Shown in pieces: positions 52,770 to 64,000 of a stretch of DNA of 64,000 nucleotides; position 1 is the stretch's first letter; each line of letters begins with the position of its first letter. The position numbers and the translations under genes are program-made. A model generated the notes under the pieces. The model was not told the origin of the DNA, did no database searches, and worked only from the letters and a program-made list of their open reading frames with translations. The DNA comes from Cetorhinus maximus (lineage: Eukaryota). Location: NCBI RefSeq assembly GCF_964194155.1, contig NC_135890.1:24428001-24492000 (forward strand), given 5' to 3'.

Positions 52770-54620
52770 CAGCACAGAAGGTGCTGCACCCCAGTTCTTG
52801 GAAAGAGCTGTCAAATTTATTCCCACATCTCAGCTTTTTCCCATTAACCCCGCAAATGAGTTATTTTCAAATACATGCCCAACAATCTTTTCAAAGTTCC
52901 AATGGAATCTGATTTCACCACCTTCCCTGGTATTCTGTTTCAGATCAGACAAACCCTTCCTGTGAATTAATTTCTCCTCATCTTCCCTCTAGTTCTTTTG
53001 CCATCTACAACCACTGGCTACCAACTCACTTGTCAGAAGAAATTATTTCTCCCCACTTGCTCTATTAAACCCCTCATCAATTTTCAATTTCCTCTTTTAG
53101 ATGTCTCATCAAGCTTCCTTGCTCTAAGAGGAACAATCCAAGCTTCTCCAGTCTCCCCACATAACTGAAGTCCCGCTCCCTGGTAAATGTCCTCTGTACA
53201 CTCTCCAAGGCATTGACATAGTTCCTAAAGTCTGGTGTCCAGAATTCCACACAATATTTTAGCTGAGGCTAAAAATGTGACTTGTAAAGGTTTAGAATAA
53301 CTGCTTTTTGAAGTTAATGTTCCTATTTACGAAGCCAAGTATCCTATATATTTTCTTCCCTGCCTTATCACCTTGCCCTCCCACCTTCAAGAATTTGTGA
53401 ATATGTGCCCTGGGTCTCTTCAAAATACACTTTATAAAATTGTCTCTCCTTATTCCTTCTACCAAAATGGATCACTTCACACTTATCCGCACTAAGTTGC
53501 CTATACCATGTTTGTCCATTTCACCAGTCTATGTCTTCCTGAAATCTATTAATATCATACAAAACTTGGCAATTAGCAAATAGTGAGTATCATCCATTAA
53601 CTTCAAAATTGTATATCCAAATCCAGGTCATTTTTATATAAACAAGAAAAGCATGGTCTCGCTACAGACCCCTGGAGGACAGCAGTGCCTTTCTCTCAGG
53701 TCAGAAAAACATCCATTCACCACCACTCTGTCTCCCGTTCTTTAGGCAATTACATACCCAAGTTACCAACATTCATTAAATACCATGTGCTTCTATTTTA
53801 CCAAGAAGTCTGTTATGCAATACTTTATCAAATGCCTTTATCAAAGTCCATATATACAATCATTGCATACCTTCATCAACCCTCTCTTATTGCAAAGATC
53901 TCAATTACCTTTGTGGGACAGGATTTGCCTTTAACAAATGTATGTTGGCTGTCTCTTATTATTCCATAATTCTCCAAGTAAGAATTAATTTTATAGCTGA
54001 AAATTGTCTCAATAGTTTTCCCGCCACTGGCATTAGATTGCTGGCTTGCAATTATCCCTCTCCCTTTTTTTGAGCAGGAGTGTAACATTTACATGATGTC
54101 AGCCTATTTAGTACTTCCTTTCTTTCTGTTATATCAAATATCTCTACTCCCCTCATCTACTGCAACATTAATTCCATCCTATTATTTTGTGAAGATAGGT
54201 GCAAAGTGCATCAGTACATCAGGCAGGCACTCTGCCTCCACAGCATTATTTCCATTTTGCCCTAATCAGTTACACCATTCCTTCTACTTTTTATAAGTTT
54301 ATGAACGAGTTTGGGATTTCCTTTCATGCTACCCACTAAATATTTCTCATACTTTCTCTTTGCCCTTCTTATATACTTGTTTCACCCTGTATTCTGTAAC
54401 TGATGTCAGTCATTAACCTTATTTCCTTTGTCATCCTGACAGCTCTAGCTTTTGATGGCCAATTTTCTTCCTTATGGGACAATGCTTGGTTTGTATCTAA
54501 AGTGTCACCTCTATCTTAACCTGCTATTGCTCAATTATTGTTTTCTGACCAATCTTTGTTTCCAATCCACCTGTACTAGATCCCTTCTCAAATCACTGAA
54601 ACCGGCACTCCTCCAGTTAG
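52770..54620 (-). mobile_element. Highly decayed CR1 LINE
   Basis: IIRDSQHTFVKGKSCPTKVIEIF in ORF 53876-54088; CR1 3' region at 52.8-53.4 kb. Confidence 0.7.
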
Positions 54621-54956
54621 ATATAGTACTTATACTAATACCGTGCAACATCTTATATTTGTTGATACTCATAATTATTTGTTAGATGGCTTATGCATGT
54701 ATAAATTATAAGCAAAAGCTGTTATCCGATACACAGTGTTAACTGCCCTTTCTGACAGTGTCTTCAGAGAACCTTTTCCCGACAGAGGATGAAGGCTGCA
54801 AAACACGGCACATTATAACAGGGCCTCAGCTCCTCACATGATGTCGCATTGAATATTCCTTAATGGCACCGACACGCCACTTCACTGCTTAGGAATCCGG
54901 CGCTTCATATGTCGCGGCACATGAGGTAAAGACACAGTGTATCTCACATCACTCAC

Positions 54957-55035
54957 CACAACATACACCAGCCTCCAGACCCGCGCCCAGGATACACACA
55001 AGAAACACGTGGACCTTTCCCGACAAGGCTCTGGC
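54957..55035 (-). other. PUS7: Probable non-coding PUS7 exon 1 (5' end approximate)
   Basis: Strong donor GTG|GTGAGT at 54956 just downstream of the promoter motif cluster. Confidence 0.55.
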
Positions 55036-55039
55036 AACA

Positions 55040-55215
55040 CCAAACCCCGCCCACTTCCGGAACGCTGATTGGTCAATCATTGGGAAGGCCTACGGCATGA
55101 CGCAACCATTGGTGTTTGTGACGTATTACGTTCTGCCGTTGGTCCTCGCAGAGCAAACCGGAAGGAAGGAAGGGGTTGTCAGTCGATTGCATATCACCAA
55201 AAATAAAGTGACGTT
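55040..55215. promoter_or_regulatory. PUS7 promoter
   Basis: GC box CCCCGCCC 55045-55052, ETS/GABP ACTTCCGG 55053-55060, several ATTGG (CCAAT) boxes from 55068, TGACG half-CREs at 55098, 55119 and 55210, CCGGAAG 55158. Confidence 0.8.
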
Positions 55216-55669
55216 TTGTGAGAAAACGGAGAAAAAGCAATGGCTGATTGCAAATCCTCTAGACGCGAGAGTTGTTCTCTCAATACAGACTGATTCCAAA
55301 CATCGCTTCTCCGTCAACGGTATAGATGCATTCAAGGGGAAGCTAGCTCAACACATGAGGCAGAAAGGTTTAGGAGATAAAAACAAAAAGCTAAAAGCGG
55401 ATATGTTGGTGGGGGTTAGATGAAAAACGGTGAGAGGAGCTGCAAATACTTTGTCAGAGCAGGGGTAGTACAGATTACGATCTGATTGAAATAAACAGAA
55501 CTGTGTTCATCAAGAAGGCGTAGCCCAATGAAATCAACAGAAACGTTGAGTGTGGGACTCAATGGTGGCACATTTCCTCTACACAAACTAAATAACAGCA
55601 ATGTTTTAAACAGAAAAGGACCACTTTGGAAATCTTTAGTTGCTTCAAAGTTATTTTAGGATTAATAGA

Positions 55670-55850
55670 AAGAACAACTTGCATTTATATAGTGCCTTTC
55701 ATGACTTCGGAATGCCCCAAAGTGCTTTATGTCGAAGTAGACTTGAAGTAAGAAAAGTGGCAGCCAATTTGCACGCAGCAAGCGCCCACAAACAACAATG
55801 TGGGAGTGACCAGATGCTTTGTTTTAGTGATGTTGATTGAGAGATAAATA
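55670..55850 (-). mobile_element. DeuSINE 3' half
   Basis: Reverse complement resembles 15040-15243. Confidence 0.7.
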
Positions 55851-57014
55851 TTGTTTAATGTAATTAGCCATATCTGGATTCTTAATTAGATACATGTGTC
55901 TAGTGACACATGCATGGGACAAATACTGCACTGGAGGAGGATACCATTATTGATTAGTGACCATATCAAAGGCTAGGATATGTCAGAGAACATGTAGGGT
56001 TAACGTACTGCAGTCACAATTACAGAGGTGCTATGAGAAGGATGGAGGCTGTGCTGAAGAATTCTAAAGAGTTTTGAGACAGATGGGTGTGGAAGAGGAG
56101 CCAATGTCTCATTTGCTGTCCTTTGTAAGAAAAGGGTGTTGAGAGGTGGTATGGTATTTCAAATAGATGGTGTGTAATTTTTGAAGTGGGTTTTGAGAGA
56201 GTAGTTCTGAAAGAAGGGGGAATAGTTCCCGAGCAAAAAGAGACATTAGCAATGTTGGCAGGCATAAGGGCAATGAAAAGTAACTGAGTGATCAGGAATG
56301 GATTGGGAAAGGGAAGCAGATCTTGGAGAAAAATAAGCTTAAACCAACACGTATGAATGCTCAATCTTTTGAACCATTTGTGTACTTAATCTATTTCTCC
56401 CAATTTTATGTTGCATTATCAGACTTATCTCTTTTTTTAAACGTATTTAAAGAACTGAGTGTTGTACTTTGAGTGTGATTCTGCGTCCAAGTTTTTCAGC
56501 CTGACCAAAATCTCAGAAAAACTTTAATAGGGCTCTTCAATGTGGGCTGGTGATTAAGAAGGCCCTCCTGCAAGTTGCTCCGAACCAATATGTTAGATTT
56601 CTAAAGTTGGACCACAGAAAATCTGAGAACATCACCTATACTATCTTTTAGCATTTTATGCTGAAAATTAGTGTTTTAAAGGCCAAGTCAACATTTCCTG
56701 GCAAAAATCCACAGAATCAGGAACACTCAGGACCCATCCCTGACACCTTCAGTGCAGCGGGTATTGATTCCCCATATACTTCCTGCAGTAATCACTGGAT
56801 CTGACACTGTGTATGCTGTGGGCCAAAACTCAAGAGCAGTAACAAAAGAAGTGGGGAGGCACTGTGCTAAGGGCAAGAGTATTAAAGATATGGAACCAAG
56901 AAAATTAAATCGAGTTATGATGCAGGTCAGCCATGACCTACCTGAATTGTGCAGCAGGCTCCAGAGTCTGATTGGCCTACACCTGTTCCTAAGACCTGCA
57001 GTGGCAATGTCAAT

Positions 57015-57345
57015 ACAACAGCAATTTATATTTATAGAGTGCCATTAAAGTAAAAAAAATCCCAAGGCATTTCACAGGAGTACTATAAAGCAAAATATGA
57101 TACTGGACCACACAAGGAGATATTAGGTCAGATGACCAAAATCTTGGTCAAAATTGTAGGTTTTAATGGGTCTCTTAAAGAAGGAAAGTGAGATAGAGGG
57201 TATTCCAGAGATTAGGGACTATGCAACTAAAGTCATGGCCACCAATGGTAGAGTGAGTAACAATGGGGGATGCTCAATGAGGCCAGAATTAGAGGTGCAC
57301 AGGTATCTCGGAGGGATGTGGGGCTGGAGGAGATTACAGAAATAG
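57015..57345 (-). mobile_element. L2-type LINE 3' fragment
   Basis: Colinear with 10100-10440. Confidence 0.65.
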
Positions 57346-57699
57346 TATTGAATACTGTTGTAAAAAGAGAATAGAAAATGTTTGTCTAATGACTTTTCTA
57401 GATTCTACCACCCCCTTAATTTGTGTAAAGTTTCAAAAAATGACATATGGCAGAAAACCTTGTAAATCAAATGTTGGTCATGTACAGAATGTATCAGAAA
57501 TTAGGTTAAATCTTTTCTAATTTGTCCTGTAAAACACTTTCAATGGACGATATACATGAACAGGAAACAGGTTGAAGAACAGTTGAAGAAAGGCTGGTGT
57601 GAAGCAAAACTAAGCATCAGTGCTGCACAATAAATACAGTTGAAGAAGAAGAGTGACTGATGAAAGGAAGCTCCATTATATAGTGCCTTTCTTTGATGA

Positions 57700-58240
57700 T
57701 CAATGGATAAGCACTTAAGGGAAGTAAACTTGCAGGGCTATGGGGATAGGGGAGGCAGCGAATGGGACTGATTGGCTTGCTCTGCAGAGAACTGCATGGT
57801 AGCTACAAGAAGAGATTGGATAGGTTGGGGTTATTTTCCTTAGAACAAAGAAGGCTGAGAGGTGACTTGATTGAGGTGTACAAAATTATGAGGGGAATAG
57901 ATAGAGTGGACAGGATAAAATTGTTTCCCTTGGTGGAGAATTCTAGAACCAGGGGACATAGATTCAAGATAAGTGGCAGAAGGTGTAGGGGGTACATGAG
58001 GAAGAACTTTTTTACGCAGAGGGTAGTGGGTGTCTGGAATTCGCTGCCCAAGTTGGTGGTAGAGGCAGAAACTCTAAACTCTTTTAAAAAGTACCTGGAT
58101 CTGCACCTTAAGTGCTGTAAGCTGCAGGGCTCTGGGCCGGGTGCAGGAAGGTGGGATTAGAAAGGGCACCTGGGTGTCCTCAGGCTGGCATGGACAAGAT
58201 GGCCCGAATGGCCTCCTGTGCTGTAACTTTTCTATGGTTA
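57700..58240 (+). mobile_element. Young CR1 3' fragment (57800-58240) adjacent to an older CR1 tail
   Basis: ORF 57762-58160: SYKKRLDRLGLFSLEQRRLRGDLIEVYKIM..FFTQRVVGVWNSLP. Confidence 0.85.
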
Positions 58241-58599
58241 TAAGAGGCATGTACAACAAGTCCACACCACTGACTGCACTGGCCAATGTCTTTTGACAAA
58301 AAAAGAACAATAAGGAAGTGAGTGTGATAAACAGTGCATCAAATACCGGATATACATTGCTGTTCACCTTTGAAACGTCTATGTTTAATATATAAATTAA
58401 TCATTAGAATTAATATTTATATTAAAACATAATATATTCAGGTCTAAATTATGGATTTTTAAAGTTGGTTTGTTTATATGCGTGCTGCCTTGTGAGGAAA
58501 CTTTATGTTTAAAGGACACACAAACACAGTTAAGGTGTAATGCTACCTTTCCATTTTCAATGTTTAAATAAATATTGCAGGCCCCTTAACTTCACAGCT

Positions 58600-58717
58600 C
58601 CCATGTATGGCTCGTGACGTCAGCTGTGTACCGGTCGCCCAGTTTCCTGCGCTCGAGCGTCGGGAAGTTGACGGTTGCGCCTGCGCCCGGCTCCGCGAGG
58701 ACAATCCCGGCTGGAAA
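58600..58717 (+). promoter_or_regulatory. SRPK2 CpG-rich promoter / 5' UTR
   Basis: Perfect CRE TGACGTCA 58615-58622; NRF1-like TGCGCCTGCGC 58676-58686. Confidence 0.75.
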
Positions 58718-58733
58718 ATGAGTTCCAGGAAAG
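58718..58733 (+). CDS. SRPK2: SRSF protein kinase 2, coding exon 1
   Basis: AAAATG AGT TCC AGG AAA G|GTGAGG = MSSRK. Confidence 0.9.
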
Positions 58734-58931
58734 GTGAGGAAAAAATACGAATAACGCGTCAGTCCATTTAAACATCAGTCACTTTTGTAAAAAAAATACA
58801 CATTGAGAATATAAGCAAACCTCGTTATATTATATGATTGCCGGGTGTGTTTGTTTTTTTTTGATCGTTGAGAGGTGTTTTTAAAAAAAAAATCATATTT
58901 GTATATATTTATTCTTTTGTTGTCTTGTCAG

Positions 58932-58992
58932 TCCTGGCTATTCAAGCTCGAAAGAGGAGACCGAAAGGAAAGAAAGAGAAGGCTCATAAAAA
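58932..58992 (+). CDS. SRPK2: SRPK2 coding exon 2 (gene continues beyond window)
   Basis: Polypyrimidine + CAG acceptor; VLAIQARKRRPKGKKEKAHK; donor GTGAGT; matches human MSSRKVLAIQARKRRPK. Confidence 0.92.
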
Positions 58993-60154
58993 GTGAGTAG
59001 TGCAGAGAGTGGTGTGTATTTGTGGAGATTGATGCAGCTCCTCCTCCTCCTGCTGCTGCTGTTGGATCTGGTAACGGCTGTTTGGTCTTAGGCAGAAAGA
59101 AAGGACTTTATTCACTGGCTAATACTACAAAGCACTGGTATAATAGTTCTTAAAAACATTTTGTGTCTATTTGTGTTTATACACCATTGCATCTGTCACG
59201 GTGATTATTGTGTTGCTTTATACTAAAATATTTGTTTTTAGAAATGTTGGCCTTTTTGTTGGCATTTCCTATAATTTGTGCTTGGCAGAATTTGATTTAA
59301 AAATATCTAATTTGTGGTTAATTTTGGTTTAAATATTTTCTGAAGAATGTACCACTAACTATATACCTCTGCAAAGTTGAAGTGTGCTTTCTTCCTTGTG
59401 AATGGGAGTTTTCTTTGTAAACTAATTGATTCCTTGTAGTTTTGAGGCACCTGAACCATTCAGACAGAATGTACTTGTAATGTCACTTGGGTATGACAGT
59501 ACTTGATGGACTTTTTGTCCCATAAGCATGATGGCTCCTGTTGCTAATTTGCATTATTGTTCTATCACCTTCCTGATCTATATAGCCCTGTACTACACCA
59601 TATGTTGTAATTACCCACTGAGCCATCAGAAAGAGATGATATTTGTTCCTGTCTGTAAGAGATTCCATGCTAACTGATAAGGGTGTGCTTGGTGCCTGTT
59701 CAGTTGCTTATCCTTTCACCTTTTCATCCATTCTGTGCTTTGATCATGTCATTAGGTCAAGCCGCACAAAGAAGAGATTTTGTTCTGTTGGAAACATTGA
59801 GTATTATTGGCATAGCTTTAAAGCCTTAATAATGGCATTTGACTCTTGTAATAACAAACCTATGTCACATGTATATTGCTTGATGCCAGTAAATTATGTT
59901 TGATTCTTTTAATTTAAACTCCAGGCCAATATTGCATGCAAATTAAGGAGTACAAGTGGCATTTGTGAATTGTGGAACTACTTTGCTTGGAAAGCAGCAG
60001 TAGGACCATTTTTTTTGTCAGTACAATATTGTGCGTGTGTGTGTTTGCGTTCTAGTGCTGAGCTCTTGTCTTCGAATCAATAGCTTAAAATTCCCCCTCA
60101 TATACCTGTGTTGTGGTGCTGAAAGACATTTTATGTGTTGATTAAAAAGAGCTA

Positions 60155-60682
60155 AAAGAAGTGTGATGGAATACTCTGAACTTGCCTGGATGAGTGCAGT
60201 ACCAACAACACTCAAGAAGCTCGACTACATCCAGGACAAAGCAGCCCGCTTGTTTGGCACCCTATCCATTACATTAAACACTCACTCCTTCTACCACTGA
60301 TGCACAGTAGCAGCGGTGTGTACCATCCACAAGATGCACTGCAACAGTTCACCAAGGCTCCTTCAACAGCATCTTCCAAACCTGTGACCTCTACCACCTA
60401 GAAGGACAGGGGCAGTAGATGCACGGGAGCACCACCACCTGCAAATTTCCCTCCGAGTTACACACCATCCAGATTGGATCTGTATTGCCGTTCCGTCACT
60501 GTCACTGGGTTAAAGTCCTGGAACTCTTTTCCTAACAGCATTGTCGGTGTACCTACACCATATGGACTGCAACGGTTCAAAAAGGTGGCTCACCACCACC
60601 TTCTCAAGGGCAATTAGGAATGGGCAATAAATGCTGGCCTAGCAAACAATGCCCACACCTGTGAAAGAATAAATAAAAAAAT
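60155..60682 (+). mobile_element. Zenon-like LINE 3' fragment
   Basis: SVMEYSELAWMSAVPTTLKKLDYIQDKAARLFG and family tail. Confidence 0.85.
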
Positions 60683-60689
60683 TCACATG

Positions 60690-61910
60690 ATTTATCTCCG
60701 ACTCTTCCCTTTCTTGACTTCTCTGTTTCCGTTTGTGTAATAGGCTATCAACCAATATCAACTGTACACCCACTGACTCCCACCGCTATCTTTACTATAC
60801 TCCCTCCCACCCTGCTTCCTTTATAGACTCTATTCCATTCTCGTTTTTCCTTTCTGTGACATCTGTTCTGATCATCCCACCTTCCATCAGTGCTTCTGAT
60901 ATGTCTTCCTTTGTCCTCAACTGGGGATTGCCTCCCACCCCCCCCACCCCCAAACCATGCTGACCATGATTGACAGGGCCCTCAGCTGTGTCTGTTCCAT
61001 CTCCTACAGTGTTGCTCTCACTTCCTCCTCTCCCTCTCAGAACCATGATAAGGGTCTCCTTTTCCCCAACTTTGCAACCCATCAACAGATCATCGTCCAT
61101 TTCTGCCACCTCTAGCCTGACACTACCACCAAACCTATCTTTCCCCTCCCCTTTCAGTATTCTGAAGGAGCCGTGCCCTCTGTGTTAGCCTGTTCCATTC
61201 CTCAATTACCCCTATACCCCCTCTCCTCATGCAACACCTACCTTTTTACACTCCCCCTTCCCACCATCCAAGGCTCTTCCAGGTGAAGCAGCTATTTACT
61301 TGTACTTTCAATGTAGTAAACTGTATTCGCTGCTCATGACATGGGCTCATCCACTTGTGGAGACCATTTAGCAGGACAATTTATTTCAGTCTGCAAGCAT
61401 GACCCCAGGCTTACAGTTGACTGTCATTTTAATTCTCTGCCTCACTCCCACTGTGACCTCTTTTCCTCAGCCTCCTACATTGTTCCAGTGAAGCTCGAGG
61501 AACAGTGCTTAATCTTTTAATTAGGTGTTCTCGACCCAACATTGAGTTCAGCAATATCAGATCATAATCTCTGCTGCCTTTTTTTTGGATAGCGGCTATT
61601 CATATTGATTCTGTTTTTCCCACTTACACCTGCCCTAGACCCTTTTTTTGTTTCTTGCCTTGTGCATTCACAATTTCCTTTTATCTTGCACCATCATCTA
61701 TTTTTGTCATTTACTCTCTCCTGCCTTCCACCCTATCAGCTTCTCTTTTGTACTTCCCTCTTCCCACATTTCCCTGTCTCTGCACTTGTTTAAAACCCAT
61801 TATATCTCTAACTTTTTCCAATACTACAGGAAGCCATCAATTTGAAATGTTAACTGTGTTTCTCTCTTCATGTGCTGCCAGACCTGCTGAGTATTTCCAG
61901 CATTTTCTGT
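60690..61910 (+). mobile_element. Decayed Penelope-like element (family A)
   Basis: PTDSHRYLYYTPSHPASFIDSIPFS (PLE RT thumb region), FQVKQLFTCTFNVVNCIRCS (GIY-YIG start), family A terminus at 61820-61910. Confidence 0.75.
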
Positions 61911-62751
61911 GATTTACAGTAAAGTCCTTTTATAGATTTGTTGTGGGTTCCATTTTCTTTTAGCAGAGTATATTGGAACTGCTTTGAAACCCAAATGACA
62001 ACTATACATTCAGGGAGGGTTGCAGCTCTAGGGTTTTCAGTGGTTCATAGTGGACTTGGTTTGTGGCAATCTCTGTGCACATTCTCTTTCATTGGTTATG
62101 ACCTTATTTGGCAGATGCCCATTGCTAATGATTATAATTCATGAGGAAATAATGTACAATATAGGGAAACTTGAGGGTCCATAAATTGAAAGTACTTTCT
62201 TGTAGATGGAAATTTCTCTATTTTTAATACAGAACGCAGGCTTGCACACTACAACACAATAATAAAGTATTAAAAATCAGTGTAAAATATACAGTTGTAG
62301 AAATGCAATTGAAATATCTCTGGTAATGAACAAATTCTTCTGTAGCTTGTTATGTCAAGAAAACGTTTTGGATTTTTAAAAACCAGTTATTTTTTCATAC
62401 CTTTATCCTTCTCGTGCACCTCAGGAGTGCTGCAGTGTGGTGTAGTGTTTGTCTGTGTTTGGGAATGTATTTTCTTCGCCTGGTTTATGCTGTGGGGTGA
62501 ATTTGGAACATTGGTGGTGACATTTCAACTGCACATTTGTAAAACTTGTACATTAGCAGTTCATTAGTTGTACACAATTATTCAAAACAACTGAACATGT
62601 GTAATCTTTGTAAAGTTATGTTCATGATATGATTCTGATGACAGGCCCTTCCCTGATGCTGTGCGAAAGTCTATACAGTTCTAAAATGTGCAAGTATAAT
62701 ATCTGGTTTGTATGGTTGTGCTGAAAGAGAATGCTGTACGATAAGTTAAGT

Positions 62752-63603
62752 TGAGTGTTGCTGAAAAAAGAGGCATTTTTGTTGAAGCTTTTCAGCTTGC
62801 ACTCATCAGGACAATTCGCAAGAAAATGCCAATGTCAGGGGAAACAATATATTGATACTGTATGAGAAGAGAGTGCTGATTGGTTGGCAAATGGACTCTG
62901 GTAGAGATGTTACCATGGGGAATGCACCAGTTGATGATGACTGACAATTAACTGCCAAGCATTGTTTGAAATTTAAACCAGGCAGCTTGACTCTGGTCAA
63001 GACATTGCCCTGGGGAATGAACCAGCAAAAGGCTGTCACTTATTTTGTTTAGCTGAAGCAGGCGCAATGTGTGTACAAGGCCCTGTGTATTAATATATGT
63101 AGCTTCCAGTACACACAAATGCACCACACTGTGAGCCTGACTGACAATCTTAAATTGGTTGTCAGCGTAATTCTTAGAACACTGAGGATTAGTTAGAAAA
63201 CGTGGTCCAATTGCGAATCACATCTAACGTTGGACACTGTGTGTTTTGAGTTTTGCAAGCATGGGCAGGTTGGGTACAGTCCTTACCTTGCCCGTTGCGA
63301 ACAGCGGGAGGGACATGCTGTTTGATACAATCCACCAGCCAGTCTTTGGGACGTACGACCTACATACCTAGCATGGTTTAAAGTTCAAACAATGCTTGGC
63401 AGTTAACAGTCAGTCACCATCAACTGGTGCATTCTCCATGGCAACACCTCTACCAATCAGAGTCCACTTACCAACCAATTGGCACGCCTCCTCATACAGT
63501 ATAAATATTTTGTTTCCCTTGACATTGGCATTTCTTGCAAATTATCCTGATGAGTGCAAGACAAAAAGCTTTGACAAAATGTCTCTCTTTTTCAGCAGTA
63601 CTC
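62752..63603 (-). mobile_element. Truncated Penelope-like element (family B) with inverted ~230-bp pseudo-LTRs
   Basis: 62752-62980 is the reverse complement of 63375-63603; interior minus strand reads ARYVGRTSQRLA and KNYADNQFKIVSQAHSVVHLCVLEATYINTQG (GIY-YIG C-terminal part). Confidence 0.85.
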
Positions 63604-64000
63604 ACTTTCTGTACTACCAAGCAACTATTTGATAAGTATAAAAACAGGCCTTCACCTAGGCCTAGTCTAGAATTTCCTTTGTGGTGACTAACAACTATTG
63701 AGAGATGAGTCTGACAGCCTTAATTTTCAAAAATAAAAAAAAATGTTCTTTGAGAGTCATGGATACAAATGTATAGCCTGCAATCCTGTAATGTTATGGG
63801 TTTATAAATTGAAAATGCATTGTTGCTAGATTGTTACTTTTAAGCAAATTATGTTCAGGGTTGTTGAAAATTGCAAGATCTGAGCATTTTGTTATATTGC
63901 TCTCTCTGTTGGGGAGGTGTAAATAAAGCAAATTCAATAATAATGGCTGCCGTCTGAGAGTAATGGTAATCTTTTCTCAGTGAAATACACAACAGGAAGA

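Noticed and set aside
55097-55423. 108-aa plus-strand ORF at the PUS7 promoter
   Set aside because: No homology recognised; its 3' half derives from a CR1 tail remnant
63900-63990. YY1-like AATGGCTGCC / possible conserved non-coding element or alternative SRPK2 start
   Set aside because: Short motif only; needs cross-species alignment and the window ends here

Overview
Repeat-rich, AT-rich vertebrate genomic DNA, very probably from a cartilaginous fish (shark-type CR1, L2, DeuSINE/SacSINE1-like and Penelope-like repeats). It covers the RINT1-PUS7-SRPK2 block: the first coding exon and promoter of RINT1 (minus, ATG 1570), a complete PUS7 gene (minus; 15 coding exons, 51711 to 9408, 1956 nt = 651 aa + stop, all GT-AG and phase-consistent) and the first two coding exons of SRPK2 (plus, ATG 58718). 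Main observations: a 15-nt frame-preserving candidate microexon in PUS7 intron 5; PUS7 apparently inverted relative to my recollection of the human gene order; two Penelope-like families carrying minimal hammerhead-ribozyme motifs, including fold-back copies; a decayed LINE with a tRNA-derived (Pol III-type) head and no apparent ORF1; and nested insertions with readable target-site duplications (TSDs). Gene identities rest on remembered protein sequences, and repeat boundaries are approximate unless a TSD is given. No database search was run.
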